Assembly: GCA_021782795.1 (NCBI GenBank) | Contig: JAJXUP010000001.1 | Location: 1-44,221, forward strand | Source: Pseudomonadota bacterium | Lineage (GTDB): Bacteria; Pseudomonadota; Gammaproteobacteria; Burkholderiales; Sulfuriferulaceae | Direction of reading: 5' to 3' | DNA: 44,221 nucleotides | In this document: positions 1 through 12,937 of the stretch, piece after piece | Layout: every line of letters begins with the position of its first letter | Numbering within the stretch: position 1 is the stretch's first letter | The notes under the pieces: generated by a model | Seen by the model: only the letters and a program-made list of their open reading frames with translations | What the model was told of the DNA's origin: nothing | Databases searched by the model: none | Position numbers and translations under genes: made by a program

Positions 1-443
1 TGGCGCAGCAGCAACAGCAGCAGCAACGCGTACTGGCGCTGAGGCAGATGCTGGTGCAGCAGACGCAGGCCGGCATTCGCAGTGAAACCGAGCATGCACT
101 GGCGGGTGCGCAGGCGATGGTGGTCGCCGGGCAACAGGCCAGCCGGCAGCAACAGCGCCTGCTCGATGAATATCAGCAGCGCATCCGCGCCAAGATTCGC
201 AGCCGGATCATTCTGCCTGACGGGTTGCAGGGGAACCCGGAAGCGGTGTTTGACGTTGCGCTGCTGCCGACAGGCGAAGTGCTCAGGGTGACCCTGATGC
301 ATGCCAGCGGGCAACCGGCGTATGACGATGCAGTACAGCGGGCCATTTACAAGGCGTCACCGTTGCCGTTGCCGCCCGACCCTCAGTTGGCCGGCATGTT
401 TCGTGACCTGCACCTGCACTTTTCACCGGATGAAACGAAATGA
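1..443 (+). CDS. tolA: TolA, C-terminal part (5' truncated by the window edge)
   Basis: Frame is open from the window start (AQQQQQQQRVLALRQM...). The C-terminus is a TonB/TolA domain III (Y..RIRAKIR...LLPTGEV...SGQPAYDDAVQRAI..ASPLPLP). Lies directly upstream of tolB. Confidence 0.85.
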   Translation, partial: AQQQQQQQRVLALRQMLVQQTQAGIRSETEHALAGAQAMVVAGQQASRQQQRLLDEYQQRIRAKIRSRIILPDGLQGNPEAVFDVALLPTGEVLRVTLMHASGQPAYDDAVQRAIYKASPLPLPPDPQLAGMFRDLHLHFSPDETK

Positions 444-459
444 TCGGAGTAACAACACA

Positions 460-1734
460 ATGAATATGCGACGATGGCTGGCCGTCTGGCTGGCATGTCT
501 CTGGGTGCTGTGGCTGGTGCCGGCACGGGCACAGATGACCATCGACATTACTGGTGGTGCGGCAACACGCATTCCAGTGGCGATTTCGCCATTTGCTGGC
601 GCAGGACAGGACTATCGCACGGTCACCGATGTGCTGGCGGCCGATCTGCTGCGTACCGGCGAGATCAGCATGGTCGATGTCAGCGACATTGCGCCGCCGA
701 TTGCGGAACCCAACGATCCGCGTTTTGGCATGGCGCGGGCTCGTGGTGCGGACGCGATCGTGCTCGGCCATGTGCTGCCGCAGCCGGATGGCAGGCTGGA
801 AGTGCGTTTTCGTCTCATGGACGCCGTGCAGCAAACCCAGCTCGCCGGTTACAGCTATACCGTCAGACCGGATCAGTTGCGCATGGTCGGGCACCATATC
901 GCCGATATCGTATACGAGAAACTGACTGGTGTGCCCGGCGTGTTTTCGACCCATATCGCCTACATCATCCAGCAAGGCAGCCAATACCGGATCGAGATTG
1001 CCGATTCGGACGGCCAGAACCCGCAGACCGTGCTGAAGTCGAAGGAAGCGCTCATGTCGCCGGCGTGGAGTCCCGATGGCAAATACATGGCCTACGTTTC
1101 TTTCGAGACCGGTCGGGCGATTGTCTACGAGCAGGCGCTTGATACCGGCAAGCGGTTCGTGCTGGCTGCGTTTCCCGGCAGCAACAGCGCGCCGGCCTGG
1201 AGCCCGGACGGCAAGCGGATCGCGCTGGTGCTGACACGGGACGACGGTTCGCAACTGTATGTGATGAATGCCGATGGCTCGCATCTGAAGCGGCTGACTT
1301 TTGGCGGCGGTATCGATACGGAACCGTGCTGGAGTCCGGACAGCAAGACGCTGCTGTTTACCTCGGCACGCGATGGTACGCCGCAGGTGTACATGATGCC
1401 ATCGGACGGTGGCAATGCGACGCGCCTGACGTTCGACGGCAGCTATAACGTCAGCACGCGCTGGAGTCCGGATGGCAAGAGTTTCGTATTCGTGCAGCGC
1501 ATGCACGGCCAATTCCACATCGCAGTGATGGATATGGCCAGCGGGCAGGCGCAGGTGCTGAGCAGCGGCATCGACGACGAGTCTCCAAGTTACGCGCCGA
1601 ATGGTAAAATGATACTCTACGCGGCGGAGGTCAATGGTCGCGGCGAACTGGCCGTGGTGTCTTCGGATGGCGAAACCCATGAGCGGCTGTCCAATGCCGC
1701 CGGGCTCATGGAACAGCCGATCTGGGGACCATAG
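460..1734 (+). CDS. tolB: Tol-Pal beta-propeller protein TolB
   Basis: Signal peptide (MNMRRWLAVWLACLWVLWLVPARA), repeated PD40 motifs (SPAWSPDG, APAWSPDG, EPCWSPD, RWSPDG), C-terminal PIWGP, upstream of pal. Start taken at ATG 460. Confidence 0.97.
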   Translation: MNMRRWLAVWLACLWVLWLVPARAQMTIDITGGAATRIPVAISPFAGAGQDYRTVTDVLAADLLRTGEISMVDVSDIAPPIAEPNDPRFGMARARGADAIVLGHVLPQPDGRLEVRFRLMDAVQQTQLAGYSYTVRPDQLRMVGHHIADIVYEKLTGVPGVFSTHIAYIIQQGSQYRIEIADSDGQNPQTVLKSKEALMSPAWSPDGKYMAYVSFETGRAIVYEQALDTGKRFVLAAFPGSNSAPAWSPDGKRIALVLTRDDGSQLYVMNADGSHLKRLTFGGGIDTEPCWSPDSKTLLFTSARDGTPQVYMMPSDGGNATRLTFDGSYNVSTRWSPDGKSFVFVQRMHGQFHIAVMDMASGQAQVLSSGIDDESPSYAPNGKMILYAAEVNGRGELAVVSSDGETHERLSNAAGLMEQPIWGP

Positions 1735-1843
1735 CAGGTTGGCAGCGCTGTTGGTGTATCACGGCTCGTCGTCGGTTGCGGCAGCCGTGTCGTATGAGGT
1801 ATGCTGGTCAGGGTTGTATTTTATTAAATCAAGGAGCTGAAAA

Positions 1844-2410
1844 ATGAAGAAAACAGTACTGGGATTGGTTATCGTGGGTCTGCTGGCTGGCTGTTCGAGC
1901 GAACAGACCAAGCCGGATACCTCGCAGGCAGATGCTGCCCGCGCTGCAGCCGCCAAGGCCGCTGCTGACAAGGCTGCTGCCGATGCCGCCGCCAAGGCTG
2001 CCGCCGAAGCCCGCGCTCGTGAAGCTGCTCTGGCTGCGCAGAAGATCAACCCGCTCGACGACCCGAACAACATCCTGTCGCAACGCAGCGTGTATTTCGC
2101 CTTCGACAAGTATAACGTTGGCAGCGAATATCAGCCCATGCTGCAAGCGCATGCCAAGTACATTGAAGATCACAGCAACGCCAAGGTACAACTGCAAGGC
2201 AACTGCGACGACCGTGGCAGCGTTGAATACAACCTGGCGCTGGGCCAGCGTCGTGCTGACTCTGTACGCAAGTCGCTGAGCCTGTTGGGTGCTCCGGAAG
2301 CCCAGATGTCCTCCATCAGCTTCGGCAAGTCCAAGCCGCGCGCTCAGGGCGAGAACGAAACCGCCTGGGCGCAGAATCGCCGTACCGACATCGTTTATCA
2401 GAGCGAGTAA
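1844..2410 (+). CDS. pal: Peptidoglycan-associated lipoprotein Pal
   Basis: Lipobox LLAGC; OmpA-like domain (VYFAFD, GNCDDRGSVEYNLALGQRRA, SFGK, NRR); AAGGAG RBS. Confidence 0.97.
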   Translation: MKKTVLGLVIVGLLAGCSSEQTKPDTSQADAARAAAAKAAADKAAADAAAKAAAEARAREAALAAQKINPLDDPNNILSQRSVYFAFDKYNVGSEYQPMLQAHAKYIEDHSNAKVQLQGNCDDRGSVEYNLALGQRRADSVRKSLSLLGAPEAQMSSISFGKSKPRAQGENETAWAQNRRTDIVYQSE

Positions 2411-2416
2411 TCCGGT

Positions 2417-3256
2417 ATGACACGACGCGCGTCATTCGCGTTGCTTGCATGGCTTGCGCTGGCATTGCCGGCGCAAGCCATGGATGATGATACCGCAGCG
2501 CGGTTAGCAACCATGCAACAGCAGCTTGACGCGCTCTCCCAGCGCCAGGACAAGCTCGATGCCCAGTCCGGTGCGGGAGCCTTGCTAAAATTGCAGTCCG
2601 AGATCGATCGTCTCAAGGACGAGATTGCGCAGTTGCACGGCATGCTTGACGTGCAGACGCATGAACTGTCCGTGGCGGAGAAGCGCCAGACCGATCTGTA
2701 CCAGGACCTTGACACCCGATTGCGTGCGTTGAGCCAGAATGGCGCAGCGGCAGCATCGCAGCATTCATCTGCTCCGGCAGGGGGCGCGGCCGCCGGTACG
2801 GCGGTTGACGACACTGCCGCGGCATCCCAGTCCGGTTCCGCGGGAGCCGGCAACAACCCGCCCGCTTCGGCGGCGACACAGCAGGCACAAGCCTATCAGG
2901 CTGCCCTGACCCGGTTCAAACAGGGCGACTACGCCGGAGCGATCAGCAGCTTCAGATCGTTCATCCAGACCTGGCCTGATGATGCGCTTGCCGCCAGTGC
3001 ACAATACTGGATCGGCAATGCCTATTTCTCCACCCGGGATTTTAAAAGCGCGCAGGCAGCGCAGCAGAAGCTGATTGCGAGCTATCCCAGAAGTCCCAAG
3101 GTGCCGGACGCCATGCTCAACTTGTCCAGTGCGCAGATTGAACTGGGTGACATGGCCGCCGCGCGCAAGACATTACAGAAGCTGATCGGAAAATACCCAG
3201 GCACGCCGGCGGCGGAAACCGGCAAGAAACGCCTGCAGATGTTGCAGGGTGCCTGA
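2417..3256 (+). CDS. cpoB: Tol-Pal system protein CpoB/YbgF (coiled coil + TPR)
   Basis: Signal peptide, coiled coil ending in QTDLYQDLDTRL, TPR domain (AQYWIGNAY, YPRSPKVPDAML, YPGTPAA); follows pal. Confidence 0.95.
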   Translation: MTRRASFALLAWLALALPAQAMDDDTAARLATMQQQLDALSQRQDKLDAQSGAGALLKLQSEIDRLKDEIAQLHGMLDVQTHELSVAEKRQTDLYQDLDTRLRALSQNGAAAASQHSSAPAGGAAAGTAVDDTAAASQSGSAGAGNNPPASAATQQAQAYQAALTRFKQGDYAGAISSFRSFIQTWPDDALAASAQYWIGNAYFSTRDFKSAQAAQQKLIASYPRSPKVPDAMLNLSSAQIELGDMAAARKTLQKLIGKYPGTPAAETGKKRLQMLQGA

Positions 3257-3263
3257 CCGTTTT

Positions 3264-3905
3264 ATGGCAGGGACGCTGCGCGTCACGGAAATCTTTCATT
3301 CCCTGCAAGGCGAAACCAGCCGGGCGGGGCGACCCACCGTGTTCGTTCGCCTGACCGGTTGTCCGTTGCGTTGTGGTTATTGTGATACGGCCTACGCGTT
3401 TCAAGGTGGCGAGTCACTGTCGCAAGACGAAGTGCTGGCTCGGGTGGCATTGCATGGGTCTGCGCTGGTGTGTGTGACCGGCGGCGAACCGCTGGCGCAG
3501 CGCGGCACACCTGCTCTGCTGACAGCCCTGTGTGACGCAGGTTACGATGTATCCCTGGAGACCAGTGGCGCGCTTGACATTCGCCCGGTCGATGCGCGGG
3601 TTTCACGCATCGTGGATATCAAGACGCCCGGTTCTGGTGAAATGGAACGCAATCTCTGGCAGAATCTGGACGTGCTCAACGCACGCGACGAACTGAAGTT
3701 CGTGCTGACAGACGAGGCAGATTACGAGTGGGCGCGGGAGATGCTGCGCAGCCGCGATCTGGCAGCGCGTTGTCCAGTGCTGTTTTCGCCGGTACATGGC
3801 AGCAATGCCCGGCAACTGGCGGAGTGGATCCTGCGCGATCGACTGCCGGTGCGCCTGCAGCTGCAATTGCACAAACTGTTGTGGGACGATGCAAGGGGAC
3901 GCTGA
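3264..3905 (+). CDS. queE: 7-carboxy-7-deazaguanine synthase (radical SAM)
   Basis: [25 protein letters not shown] (CxxxCxxC), TGGEPL, QLHK; upstream of queC. Confidence 0.96.
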   Translation: MAGTLRVTEIFHSLQGETSRAGRPTVFVRLTGCPLRCGYCDTAYAFQGGESLSQDEVLARVALHGSALVCVTGGEPLAQRGTPALLTALCDAGYDVSLETSGALDIRPVDARVSRIVDIKTPGSGEMERNLWQNLDVLNARDELKFVLTDEADYEWAREMLRSRDLAARCPVLFSPVHGSNARQLAEWILRDRLPVRLQLQLHKLLWDDARGR

Positions 3906-4582
3906 TGAGCGAAGCGGCGATCGTGTTGTTGTCGGGCGGGCTGGATTCCGCGACGGTACTGGCGCAGGCGGTGCAGCGCGGTTTTTCCTGCCATGCGCTC
4001 AGTTTCGACTATGGTCAGCGTCATCGCGCGGAACTGGATGCCGCATCGCGTGTGGCGAAGCTGCTGGGCGCGGTCGAACAGCGGGTGTTTCATCTCGATC
4101 TCGCCATGTTTGGCGGTTCTGCGCTGACTGATCCGCAGATTGCGGTGCCACAGGCCGTGAGCGAAGGCATTCCGCTCACCTACGTGCCAGCGCGCAATAC
4201 CGTGATGCTGTCCATTGCGCTTGCCTGGGCTGAAGTGCTCGATTGTGCAAATATCTTTATCGGGGTCAATGCGGTCGATTATTCCGGGTATCCCGACTGC
4301 CGGCCGGAATACATCGAGGCGTTTGCCCACATGGCCAACCTGGCGACGCGTGCCGGTGTCGAGGGCCGCATCATGACTATCCATACGCCGCTGCAACGTC
4401 TGTCCAAGGCACAGATCATCCGTCTGGGCACCCGTCTGGGTGTGGATTTTTCGCTGACCGTGTCCTGCTATCAGGCCGATGAGAGCGGTGCCGCTTGCGG
4501 GCGTTGCGATGCATGTCGTCTGCGGCACCGTGGTTTCGAGGAAGCAGGCATTCCCGACCCGACGCGCTACCAGACGGGCTGA
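3905..4582 (+). CDS. queC: 7-cyano-7-deazaguanine synthase
   Basis: [34 protein letters not shown]...CGRCDAC zinc motif; start overlaps the queE stop. Confidence 0.97.
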   Translation: MSEAAIVLLSGGLDSATVLAQAVQRGFSCHALSFDYGQRHRAELDAASRVAKLLGAVEQRVFHLDLAMFGGSALTDPQIAVPQAVSEGIPLTYVPARNTVMLSIALAWAEVLDCANIFIGVNAVDYSGYPDCRPEYIEAFAHMANLATRAGVEGRIMTIHTPLQRLSKAQIIRLGTRLGVDFSLTVSCYQADESGAACGRCDACRLRHRGFEEAGIPDPTRYQTG

Positions 4583-4618
4583 GCCTGTTCGCCGCGGTCG
4601 TACAGCGGGAACTGCGGT

Positions 4619-8017
<3,399 letters not shown>

Positions 8018-8107
8018 CGAAAATTCCTGTGGTGCCATAGCGGGTAGATCATAGCATGGGGCTGTGGCAAATTCCTGCACGAACCGACAGGGTGGCCGAT
8101 GACATGG

Positions 8108-8659
8108 TCATGCGTCCGTGTCACCGGACGATTCCCCGGTCTCGTCGGCCGGCTCCTCCGTCGCGGTCGGCGCGGCAATCTGGCGCAACAGTCTGAACAG
8201 CGCCCGGTTGCTGCGCGGCGGCAGCTGCTGCGCGGCTTCCTTGCGCGCATTACGGATCAGGGTGCGGAGTGGCTGGAGGTCGGTCAGCGGGTAGCGTTCG
8301 ATGAATTGTGGCAGGCTGGCATCGTCGGCAATGAGCCGGTCGCGCCAGCGTTCGAGCTGGTGGAAGTGGGCATTGTCTTCGTTGTGCCGCGCCTGCCAGC
8401 GTTGTAACTGTTCTGCAACCGGCTGGGCGTCAAATTCGCGCATCAGCCGGCCGATATATTGCATCTGCCGCCGTAACCCGCCGTGGGCGTGGATGCGGCG
8501 CGCTTCGTCGATGGCGGCGCGCAGTGTGTCTGGCAGCGACAGGCGATCAAGCTTGTCCTTTGGCAGGCTGACCAGTGTTTCTCCGAGTTTTTGCAATTCG
8601 GTCATCTGGCGCTTGAGCGCGCTCTTGCTGGGCGGTGCGGATTCGTCAAAGGGTTCCAT
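8108..8659 (-). CDS. yjgA: Ribosome biogenesis factor YjgA/DarP
   Basis: PSKSALKRQMTELQKLG, RRQMQYIGRLMR, HQLERWRDRL, LRTLIRNA; divergent from pmbA. Confidence 0.93.
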   Translation of the reverse strand: MEPFDESAPPSKSALKRQMTELQKLGETLVSLPKDKLDRLSLPDTLRAAIDEARRIHAHGGLRRQMQYIGRLMREFDAQPVAEQLQRWQARHNEDNAHFHQLERWRDRLIADDASLPQFIERYPLTDLQPLRTLIRNARKEAAQQLPPRSNRALFRLLRQIAAPTATEEPADETGESSGDTDA

Positions 8660-8721
8660 GGCGCACGGTATGGGGAAAATGTTGTTATGATAACGGTTTT
8701 GGCTCTGGGCAGGGTGACGCA

Positions 8722-10065
8722 GTGGCGGCTTCGGAACAGTTTGGTCATGACAGGGAAGCGTTACAGACGCTGGTGCACAGGATGCTGGATCACGCAGCGC
8801 GGCAAGGGGCGAGTGCGTGTGCTGCCGAGGCTTCGGTGGGCATGGGACAGGCGGTGACGGTGCGCAAAAACGAAGTCGAAACCATCGAATACAACCGCGA
8901 CAAGGGGATTTCGGTGACGGTGTACCTCGGCCAGCGGCGTGGCCATGCCTCGAGTTCCGATTTCGGGGAGCAGGCGCTGCGCGATACGGTAGACAAGGCG
9001 CTGACCATTGCGCGCTATACCGCTGAAGATCCGTGCGCGGGATTGCCAGAGGCTGACAGCCTGGCGGTGACCAGGCCGGACCTCGACCTGTTCCACCCGT
9101 GGACGCTGGATGTCGACGAGGCGATCGCGATGGCAGCCGAGTGCGAGGCTGCCGCGGTAGGTGTCGATCCGCGCATCAGCAACTCGGAGGGGGCAACGGT
9201 CAGTACGCAGCAGTCGCTGTTCGTTTATGGCAACAGCCTGGGGTTCCTGGCGGGCTACCCTGCATCGCGCCATGGTGTGAGCTGTGCGGTGATCGCCGGC
9301 GATGACCAGGGCATGCAGCGTGATTACTGGTACAGTTCGGCGCGTTGCGCCGAGGATCTACCGCCGGCGGCAGAGGTCGGCCGACGTGCTGGCGAGCGCA
9401 CCGTGCGCAGGCTGGGTGCCCGTCGCCTGAGCACGCGCGAGGTGCCGGTGCTGTTCGAAGCGCCGGTGGCGACGGGGCTGCTGTCGCATTTCGTCTCTGC
9501 AATCAGCGGCGGCAGCCTGTACCGCAAATCGTCGTTTCTGCTCGACAGCATGGGACGTCAGGTGTTTCCCGAGTGGGTGCAGATCGTCGAACGGCCACAC
9601 CTGCCGCGCGGACTCGCCAGCAGTCCATTCGATAACGAAGGTGTGCGCACGGTCGATCGCGACGTGGTGCGCGACGGTGCCGTGCAGGGGTATTTTCTTT
9701 CCAGTTACAGTGCACGCAAGCTGGGGCTGGCTACGACCGGGAACGCGGGTGGCAGTCACAATCTGCTGGTCAACAGCAGTGGTGAAGACTTCGCCGGATT
9801 GCTGCGGCGCATGGGCAGCGGTCTGCTGGTGACCGAACTGCTCGGTCATGGCATCAATCTGGTCACTGGCGATTATTCGCGTGGTGCCGCCGGTTACTGG
9901 GTGGAGAATGGCGAACTGCAGTACCCGGTGGAAGAGATCACCATCGCCGGCAATCTCGCGCAGATGTACCGCGACATCGTGGCGATCGGTACCGATGTGG
10001 AAATGCGCAGTTCGCGGCGCACCGGTTCGATCCTGATCGGGCGCATGACCGTTGCAGGGGACTGA
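8722..10065 (+). CDS. pmbA: Metalloprotease PmbA/TldE
   Basis: VETIEYNRDKG, MQRDYWYS, SGGSLYRKSSFL, FDNEGV, TGNAGG, GDYSRGAAG, EEITIAGN. Start taken at GTG 8722. Confidence 0.95.
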   Translation: MAASEQFGHDREALQTLVHRMLDHAARQGASACAAEASVGMGQAVTVRKNEVETIEYNRDKGISVTVYLGQRRGHASSSDFGEQALRDTVDKALTIARYTAEDPCAGLPEADSLAVTRPDLDLFHPWTLDVDEAIAMAAECEAAAVGVDPRISNSEGATVSTQQSLFVYGNSLGFLAGYPASRHGVSCAVIAGDDQGMQRDYWYSSARCAEDLPPAAEVGRRAGERTVRRLGARRLSTREVPVLFEAPVATGLLSHFVSAISGGSLYRKSSFLLDSMGRQVFPEWVQIVERPHLPRGLASSPFDNEGVRTVDRDVVRDGAVQGYFLSSYSARKLGLATTGNAGGSHNLLVNSSGEDFAGLLRRMGSGLLVTELLGHGINLVTGDYSRGAAGYWVENGELQYPVEEITIAGNLAQMYRDIVAIGTDVEMRSSRRTGSILIGRMTVAGD

Positions 10066-10066
10066 G

Positions 10067-10594
10067 ATGCGTTTCTGGCTGCGGATCGCGCGGGGTATCG
10101 ACGCGCTGACCGAAGGTGTCGGTCAGACGGTCAAGTGGCTGGTGCTGGTTGCGGCGTTGATATCGGCCGGAAACGCGCTGTTGCGCTACGGCTTCGGTGT
10201 GGGCAGCAATGGTGGGCTGGAACTGCAGTGGTATCTGTTCGGCGCCATTTTTCTGCTGGGTGCGGGCTACACGCTCCGGCAGGGTGGGCATGTGCGCATC
10301 GACCTGTTGCATGGCCAATTGTCTGCGAGGGCGCGCTCGGTGGTCGAGATTGTTGGTACGCTGCTGTTTCTCCTGCCGTTTTGCGCATTGATGATTGATC
10401 TTTCCTGGCCGGTTTTCGTTGACTCGTGGCACAGCGGCGAGATGTCGCCCGATGCCGGTGGCCTGCCGCGCTGGCCGGTACGGCTGCTGATTCCCGCAGG
10501 ATTTTTCCTGCTCGGCCTGCAGGGCGTGGCCGAACTGATCCATCATGTCGCCCGGCTTGCCGGGCATGAGGCCATGGAGGACAGCGAGGCATGA
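10067..10594 (+). CDS. TRAP transporter small permease (DctQ family)
   Basis: Four TM segments; ELQWYLFGAIFLLGAGYTL, HVRIDL, EMSPDAGGL, LQGVAE. Confidence 0.92.
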   Translation: MRFWLRIARGIDALTEGVGQTVKWLVLVAALISAGNALLRYGFGVGSNGGLELQWYLFGAIFLLGAGYTLRQGGHVRIDLLHGQLSARARSVVEIVGTLLFLLPFCALMIDLSWPVFVDSWHSGEMSPDAGGLPRWPVRLLIPAGFFLLGLQGVAELIHHVARLAGHEAMEDSEA

Positions 10595-11988
10595 TCCAGT
10601 TGGCGCCAGCCATGTTTGCCGGCCTGGTGGCAATTCTGCTCATCGGTTATCCGGCCGCTTTTTCGCTGGCCGCCAACGGCCTGTTGTTCGCGTTGATCGG
10701 CGTGAAACTCGGGTTGTTCGACTGGAGCCTGATGCGCGCACTGCCAGACCGGGTGCTGGGCATCGTTTCCAACCAGACGCTGTTGGCCATTCCGTTTTTT
10801 ACCTTTATGGGGCTGGTGCTGGAACGCAGCGGCATGGCGGAGGATCTGCTGACCAGCATCGGGCAGCTGTTCGGCAGCGTCCGTGGCGGACTGGCCTATG
10901 CAGTGATCCTGGTCGGTGTGCTGCTGGCGGCGACTACCGGGGTGGTGGCTGCCTCGGTAATCGCCATGGGACTCATTTCGTTGCCGATCATGTTGCGCTA
11001 TGGCTATGACGCCCGGCTCGCGGCCGGTGTGATTGCCGCATCGGGTACATTGGCGCAGATCATCCCGCCGGGGCTGGTGCTGATCGTGCTGGCTGACCAA
11101 CTGGGCGTGCCGGTCGGGGACATGTTTCGTGCGGCAATCCCGCCGAGCCTGATGCTGACGGGTTTCTATCTGTTATTCGTGTTCATTATCACGCTGATCC
11201 GGCCACAGGCCGTGCCGGCATTGCCATCGGAGGTGCGCACGTTGCGGGGCATGGCGCTGCTGCGCTCGGCCCTGCTGGCGATCCTGCCGCCGCTGCTGCT
11301 GATCGGCCTGGTGCTGGGCAGCATCTTTCTCGGCTGGGCCACGCCGTCCGAAGGCGGTGCGATGGGGGCGAGTGGTGCGCTGCTGCTGGCGGGCATCAAA
11401 CGCAAGTTGTCGCGACGGTTGCTGGGCGAGGCCACGGAACGTACTTTGCGTCTGCTGAGCTTTGTGATGTTCATCCTGATCGGTTCCACGGTGTTCAGCC
11501 TGGTGTTTCGTGGCCTCAATGGTGACCTGTGGGTCGAGCATTTGCTGACCGGCTTGCCGGGTGGCACCACCGGCTTTCTCATCGTCGTCAACATCTTCAT
11601 CTTTTTCCTGGCGTTTTTTCTCGACTTTTTCGAGATTGCCTTCATCGCCATTCCGCTGCTGGCGCCTGCCGCGCAGAAACTCGGTATCGATCTGGTGTGG
11701 TTCGGTGTGCTGTTGGGGCTCAACATGCAGACTTCGTTCATGCATCCGCCGTTTGGTTTCTCGCTGTTCTATCTGCGCAGTGTCGCCCCGAAATCCATGC
11801 GTTCCAGCCAGATCTATTACGGCGCGATCCCGTTCCTGCTCATCCAGTTGCTCATGGTTGCGCTGGTGATCGCCTTTCCCGGCATTACCGGCGGTGCCAG
11901 CCATCCGGGGTTGAAGAGCGGCGTGATCGAGGTTCCGGTCGATGAGGATGGCTACGGCGACTATTACCTGCCGCGGGAATGGCGCTGA
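10591..11988 (+). CDS. TRAP transporter large permease (DctM family)
   Basis: LLAIPFFTFMG.LERSG, ATTGVVAAS, SGTLAQIIPP, ATPSEGG, NMQTSFMHPPFGFSLFYL; ATGA overlap with the small permease. Confidence 0.94.
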   Translation: MIQLAPAMFAGLVAILLIGYPAAFSLAANGLLFALIGVKLGLFDWSLMRALPDRVLGIVSNQTLLAIPFFTFMGLVLERSGMAEDLLTSIGQLFGSVRGGLAYAVILVGVLLAATTGVVAASVIAMGLISLPIMLRYGYDARLAAGVIAASGTLAQIIPPGLVLIVLADQLGVPVGDMFRAAIPPSLMLTGFYLLFVFIITLIRPQAVPALPSEVRTLRGMALLRSALLAILPPLLLIGLVLGSIFLGWATPSEGGAMGASGALLLAGIKRKLSRRLLGEATERTLRLLSFVMFILIGSTVFSLVFRGLNGDLWVEHLLTGLPGGTTGFLIVVNIFIFFLAFFLDFFEIAFIAIPLLAPAAQKLGIDLVWFGVLLGLNMQTSFMHPPFGFSLFYLRSVAPKSMRSSQIYYGAIPFLLIQLLMVALVIAFPGITGGASHPGLKSGVIEVPVDEDGYGDYYLPREWR

Positions 11989-11989
11989 A

Positions 11990-12016
11990 TGACTGGGCGG
12001 TTGCTGTGGCCAGTCA
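11990..12016. terminator. Possible hairpin between convergent genes
   Basis: TGACTGG...CCAGTCA 7-bp inverted repeat between the TRAP large permease and the UbiA-family gene; no U tract. Confidence 0.25.
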
Positions 12017-12898
12017 GGCGCCCGGCCACAGCGCCCAGACGCAGGCCGCTGCCCAGGCGATGACGGTCAGCAGCAATTGCCAGTCGGCAAGCAGCGCATC
12101 GGTGGGAGATTCGCCGCCTTCGAGCGATTCGATGACGTACCAGTAACGAAACAGTCCGAACAGCACCAGCGGCACAGTGATGACCAGGTGCGCATGGGTT
12201 GACATGACGAACAGGCTGTAGAACACGAGCGCGCCCGTGGCCGACATTTCCGCGTAGCGGTCGACCAGTGCGACGCTGTAGTGGCGCAGCACGCTGCGGG
12301 TGTCGCTGGTACCACGCGCCAGTTCCTGACGACGCTTGACTGCGGCAAGGTACAGCGCCAGGCACAGCGTGGTGACGAACATCCAGGCGGACACCGGCAC
12401 GTCAAGTGCGACGGCGCCGGCGTAGACCCGCAGCACGAAACCACTGGCCACAGTGAAGATGTCGACCACCGGCTGGTGCTTGAGCACGAAGCTGTAGGCC
12501 AGGTTGAGCAGCAGATAGCCGATGACCACGCCCAGTACGCCCGGGGCGGCATACCATCCCACGCCAAGGAGAACGGCATAGAGGAAGCCAAGCAGCAGCA
12601 GCGCCTGTGCCGGTCGCACCGTTCCGGCAGCAAGTGGCCGGGTGAGTGCTTTTTGCGGATGCTGCCGATCCTGTTCGATGTCGCGCAGGTCGTTGACGAT
12701 GTAGGTGGCGGAAGAGGCGACGGTGAACAGAGCCATGGCGATCAGCGCCCGCCACACGGCTGCAGCGTGCATGAACTGTCCGGCGAATATCAGCGGGGCG
12801 AGCACGAAGCCATTCTTGATCCATTGCCGCGGGCGCATGAGTTGCAGCAGGCCGCGCCATACGGCTGGACGCGGGGAGGGGGTTCCGGTATCGTGCAT
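12014..12898 (-). CDS. UbiA-family polyprenyl-phosphate phosphoribosyltransferase (Rv3806c/NoeC-like)
   Basis: RPRQWIKN, YIVNDLRD..DRQHP.K..RPLAAG, LAYS..LKH, KRRQEL; multiple TM segments; divergent from gtrA-dprE1-dprE2-like genes. Confidence 0.88.
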   Translation of the reverse strand: MHDTGTPSPRPAVWRGLLQLMRPRQWIKNGFVLAPLIFAGQFMHAAAVWRALIAMALFTVASSATYIVNDLRDIEQDRQHPQKALTRPLAAGTVRPAQALLLLGFLYAVLLGVGWYAAPGVLGVVIGYLLLNLAYSFVLKHQPVVDIFTVASGFVLRVYAGAVALDVPVSAWMFVTTLCLALYLAAVKRRQELARGTSDTRSVLRHYSVALVDRYAEMSATGALVFYSLFVMSTHAHLVITVPLVLFGLFRYWYVIESLEGGESPTDALLADWQLLLTVIAWAAACVWALWPGA

Positions 12899-12937
12899 GC
12901 GATTTGAATCCTGAGGCGTGTGAGGGCAGAACAGTCG

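Noticed and set aside
1930-2043. Short tandem GCC/GCT/AAG repeats as a repeat array or CRISPR
   Set aside because: They encode the Ala/Lys linker of Pal; no repeat-spacer structure.
3817-3828. 12-bp match (TGGCGGAGTGGA) to the tRNA-Asp 3' end, suggesting an att site
   Set aside because: Lies within the LAEWI codons of queE; short, no integrase nearby, and the enclosed region contains housekeeping genes.
12014-12898. Calling this gene the ubiquinone prenyltransferase ubiA, linked to ubiUV
   Set aside because: RPxQWxKN and KRRxEL motifs plus the GtrA/DprE1/DprE2 context point to the phosphoribosyltransferase subfamily.
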